A stretch of DNA of 63,611 nucleotides, the filler included, from Sphacelaria rigidula (lineage: Eukaryota), in the NCBI GenBank assembly GCA_964200075.2. It is 11 parts of 11 records of this genome, joined end to end, with 100 filler letters (N's around TTAATTAATTAA, not from the genome) between each part and the next. Parts side by side here need not be neighbours in the genome. Positions count along the whole stretch, not along the records: positions 57,921 to 63,611 come from CAXNAA020025216.1; 10 more parts are not named here. The stretch is one strand, 5' to 3'. The first letter of the stretch is position 1; every line of letters starts with the position of its first letter. Made by a program: the position numbers and the translations under genes. Below are positions 60,288-63,611 of this stretch, one piece after another. The notes beneath the pieces were generated by a model, which saw nothing but the letters and a program-made list of their open reading frames with translations, was not told where the DNA came from and made no database searches.

Positions 60288-63200
60288 TCATACAAGGGAG
60301 AAAAATGCATGCCAATCAAATCCGCACCGTGTTTCTCGAAGCTTCCCTACAGAAAACGTTGTCCCAGCTCAGCGTTGAACAACAGCGAACAATTCTCGAG
60401 TCTTGCGAACGGAAATGGGATAGGTAGGTAGTAAAAGACTGCAAAAAACTACGCAGACAGCAAAGAAGACGTTTTTTTTGTGTGCCTTGACGGGGTGGTC
60501 GTGGCTCAAATATCGAAATACAGCTTCATCTCCAGGCAGGCGATATTGGGCGATTCGAAGGGTAACACCGTCGATCATTTCATCTATCAGAACTATGGCC
60601 ATAGTGACTCCAATCCCGTGCAGGACTGATACCCGACCCATTTTTTTCCCTGGAAAGACGAACGGTTACTCTGTGGAGCGTTCATTGGAGTACAGCACAC
60701 CTCTGCCGGTGAACGAAGGCAAGTAGACATATTTCGGTGTTGACGAACATTTGTGTTCGTATCTTTCGGGAACATGATTCACTGACGGATTTCCGTGCCG
60801 AGAAAATTGCAGTTGGCTAGGTCGTCATTGGGGGGGTGTTATACACCGCGCACAGATAAACTAGACTGTTTTGTTCTTCGTTCTGCACAAGCATTCCAGT
60901 GCCGTACCGAACAGACAGCAAGCTCTTGTAGGCCGCTTCCCCAATGCAGTCCAACCTTGACATCTGACATGACAGCATGAGCTAGTCCGCATGAAGCAGT
61001 GATCACTTGCCTGGGATACTGCTGCTGAGGTGGTACCTTCAAAGGTCCTGAGTTAGAGCTAACCTGTGAGAAGTGGGGAAAACTGTGAGGATACAGGACC
61101 GACCCTACATAAATACGCATCTCACAAAACACGACAAGAGCCTGCCAGGTTCCCAATTTGAGCGGGTGCGCATCGAGCAATATAGACACACCATCACGGT
61201 GGGGCGCGCAAGTCTGTCTGTTGCAATCACGTGCTACAGGGTACTTCGTCGCAGAGTAGCGTGCTATACTACGGTGGTGGCAATGGGCACACCACAACTG
61301 CCTCTGCTGACACCTCCAGCTGTTACTTGGCATTCCACCTGCGATTGCAGACCTACCAATGTAAGGTTGTATTAACCAACTTCATAAGAGCATAGTCCCT
61401 GCACAGTAGCACCAAAACTTGTAAGCACTGCTGGGTGGCTTACGTGGCCGTTGAAGGCGCGGCAATGAGCAAAGAACATGCAACAGATAATTACCTATCC
61501 GTGGCATGCCCGATTGTACGGTCGAACCACCGCATAGTACTCTGTCTGTGAGTAACTATACCGGTATGCTATTGAAGGGTATGTACTCGTAGTCTTAGCC
61601 GGAACTGACTTGTGGTCGCATTTCACAATGATACACAACAGCAGAAGCGGGACGAACCGCATCAGAATCAACAATATATGTGCCTTGCAGCTTCTACACT
61701 ACACCCACCTGGTCTATCGGCCCCCCCGATGCATTCCGCCTTTGCACCCCGGACACAGCCGCCCCCTGCACTCGCCTCGTCGTAGGAAGTCTCCTCGCCG
61801 CCAGAGCAGCAGCGCGCCCGAACGCTGTACTTGCACTTCCAGACATGATAGATCAAAATCTTGCAAAGATTTTCGCTGCGGTGACACTTTTGTGGCGGGC
61901 TACGCCGCCCCTTGGCCCTGCTTCACACACGGGTGCTGTCCGGTCAGGTCTGCGTTTCTCAAGTCACGAAGTACCGGATTGCACGACAATAGTTTGTGTG
62001 CTTGTATCGGAAACGATTAGAACGGAGTTTATCGGATTACATTCTATGACGTGGTATAACACCCCCAAACTTCAAACATTGAAAGTGACAATAATGCACG
62101 CAAGATTATACCATATTCATGGATGTCTCGATAATATACTCTCTGGGAGGGTTGATAGTAAGGAAATCTCAATAGATGGGGCTTTTTCTTCTTGATAAGT
62201 TGAAGGTGAAATAAAATTCTAACTGTTTGCTATAGGCGTGCTTTACTGCGTTACTCACCTTCCACCAACGGGTACTTTCGATACACAAACAATCGAGAAA
62301 CAACATGACAAGATGATGATGTATCCAAAAGGTATATAACATACAGTACCCTTTGGATGTATGAACGGGAGTACCGACTGAACCAACACCGCAGTTGACT
62401 AAGCAATGGGACGCAGAAGGCTGAAACGAACTGTTCACGGGGATTCCAGCGATGATGCTCAAGAGGGACAGGTATCTATAGTATTCCAGCAGAGTGCGCT
62501 GTGTTTAAACCAACCCTGCTCCAACCCTTCATGAGCTGTACTCATGGTGTCCCGTGTTTGATGAAGTACAGTACAGTACAGCAAAAGGCGTGAGTTATTT
62601 TTTCTAGTTTAGGTTGCCACTCTGGCGAGCCCATAATTCGAGTAGGAGGTTAGATGTCGAACCAAATGTCGGGGAGGGGCGCGAGGGGCGCGAGGAGCGC
62701 CCTTGGTTTGGGAACTAGCCCCCCAGGGAGTGCTGTGTGTTTTTTTGTGAATCGGCATCTTTTCACTTTAGAAAAAAATCAAGTAAAATGATGCCGATTC
62801 ACAAAGATTGAAGATTCACCAAACAAAAATCAGCAGTTCAGTTCCCAAAGGGAGGTACTCGACATTCGCCCGCAAGATTCCCCCGCCGTTATTTTTTTCC
62901 TTCAAGGAAAGAGGAAGCCTCATCCATGACATTCCCCGCGAACCGGTTGGTATGCCTCTACCCGGAGGCTCGGCGAGAGCACCGTGTGACTGTCATATGA
63001 TGTCGGTGCCTGCATTGTTCGGAAAGCTTTGCATGTGCCGTTCACTGCCTTCCTCTTTGAGCTAACGCGAACCGGGAACCGAAACTTGATGGTCGGAAAC
63101 ACTGTTGTTCTTCGGACGGACCATCATGTTCGGATTTTCAGTCGGCTTACAGCCCCATGACCTCGCCCGCGCGTTGTCTTTTGCTCTTCATGCGCATTTA

Positions 63201-63611
63201 CATTTTTCTATGCGCATCTTTTCATATAATGTTTTTGTTCAAAAGTGAACATTATGCGCCTACAGGCTGGTTCGCGCACATCACCCAAAAAATACTCATC
63301 GGCAAAACTTCGCCCCGTTTTAAGGAGTTAGACCCTGAAATTTTGCATGAATGTTCTATGGGTCATTACGCGACTTCGCAGGAAGGGTGTTTTTTTTAAA
63401 CCTTTTTCGCCGTTTTTCGGGTTCCCAGTTTTCTTGGGGAAACCTCGACCCAATCGGACCCCCGTAAAACACCGTAAAACGGTAACAATAAATAAATAAA
63501 AAATAACGTCCCTGCAAAGTTGCGTAATGTTTCAACGCACAGTTAACAGCCGATCCTGATTTTTGGGGTTGAAACAAAATATGAGGTTGAAGTCCCATCC
63601 CTCCATTGCAG

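Noticed and set aside
60300..62520. Possible LINE endonuclease, helicase or viral relic (GVSILL, VLIDE, DH..SD.PV-like words)
   Set aside because: The motifs lie on different strands and frames and do not form a coherent domain.

Overview
This is eukaryotic nuclear DNA, most likely from a brown alga (Phaeophyceae). That assignment is an inference from the long introns with A/C-rich acceptors such as (CAA)nCAG, the TTAGGG telomeric motif and the gene content. The window is not one locus. It is 11 unrelated ~5.7 kb contigs joined by identical 100-nt linkers (N44-TTAATTAATTAA-N44), so no neighbourhood inference is valid across linkers. Most ORF-track entries are noise. Five spliced gene fragments can be reconstructed with consistent splice phases: (1) the last exon of a DCAF7/WDR68 (AN11/TTG1-family) WD40 gene; (2) the 311-codon terminal exon of a processive GT2 synthase of the hyaluronan-synthase/CPS1 type, a candidate cell-wall or alginate polymerase; (3) three exons of a cyanobacterial-type HutX/ChuX-like heme-binding protein that the ORF track misses as a unit; (4) four exons of an ABCF ATPase with a probable GC-AG intron; (5) four exons of a myosin motor domain. 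The rest is transposon-rich: decayed Ty3/Gypsy and Ty1/Copia elements, a large Gag-like element, a Sola2-like MITE family (three copies, each with its own 4-bp TSD), Harbinger-like and other MITEs, tRNA-derived SINEs including an unusual doubly palindromic one, a G-run-flanked element without TIRs, a USP-protease-like pseudogene, and tandem or microsatellite repeats. No CRISPR array, rRNA or intact tRNA was found.
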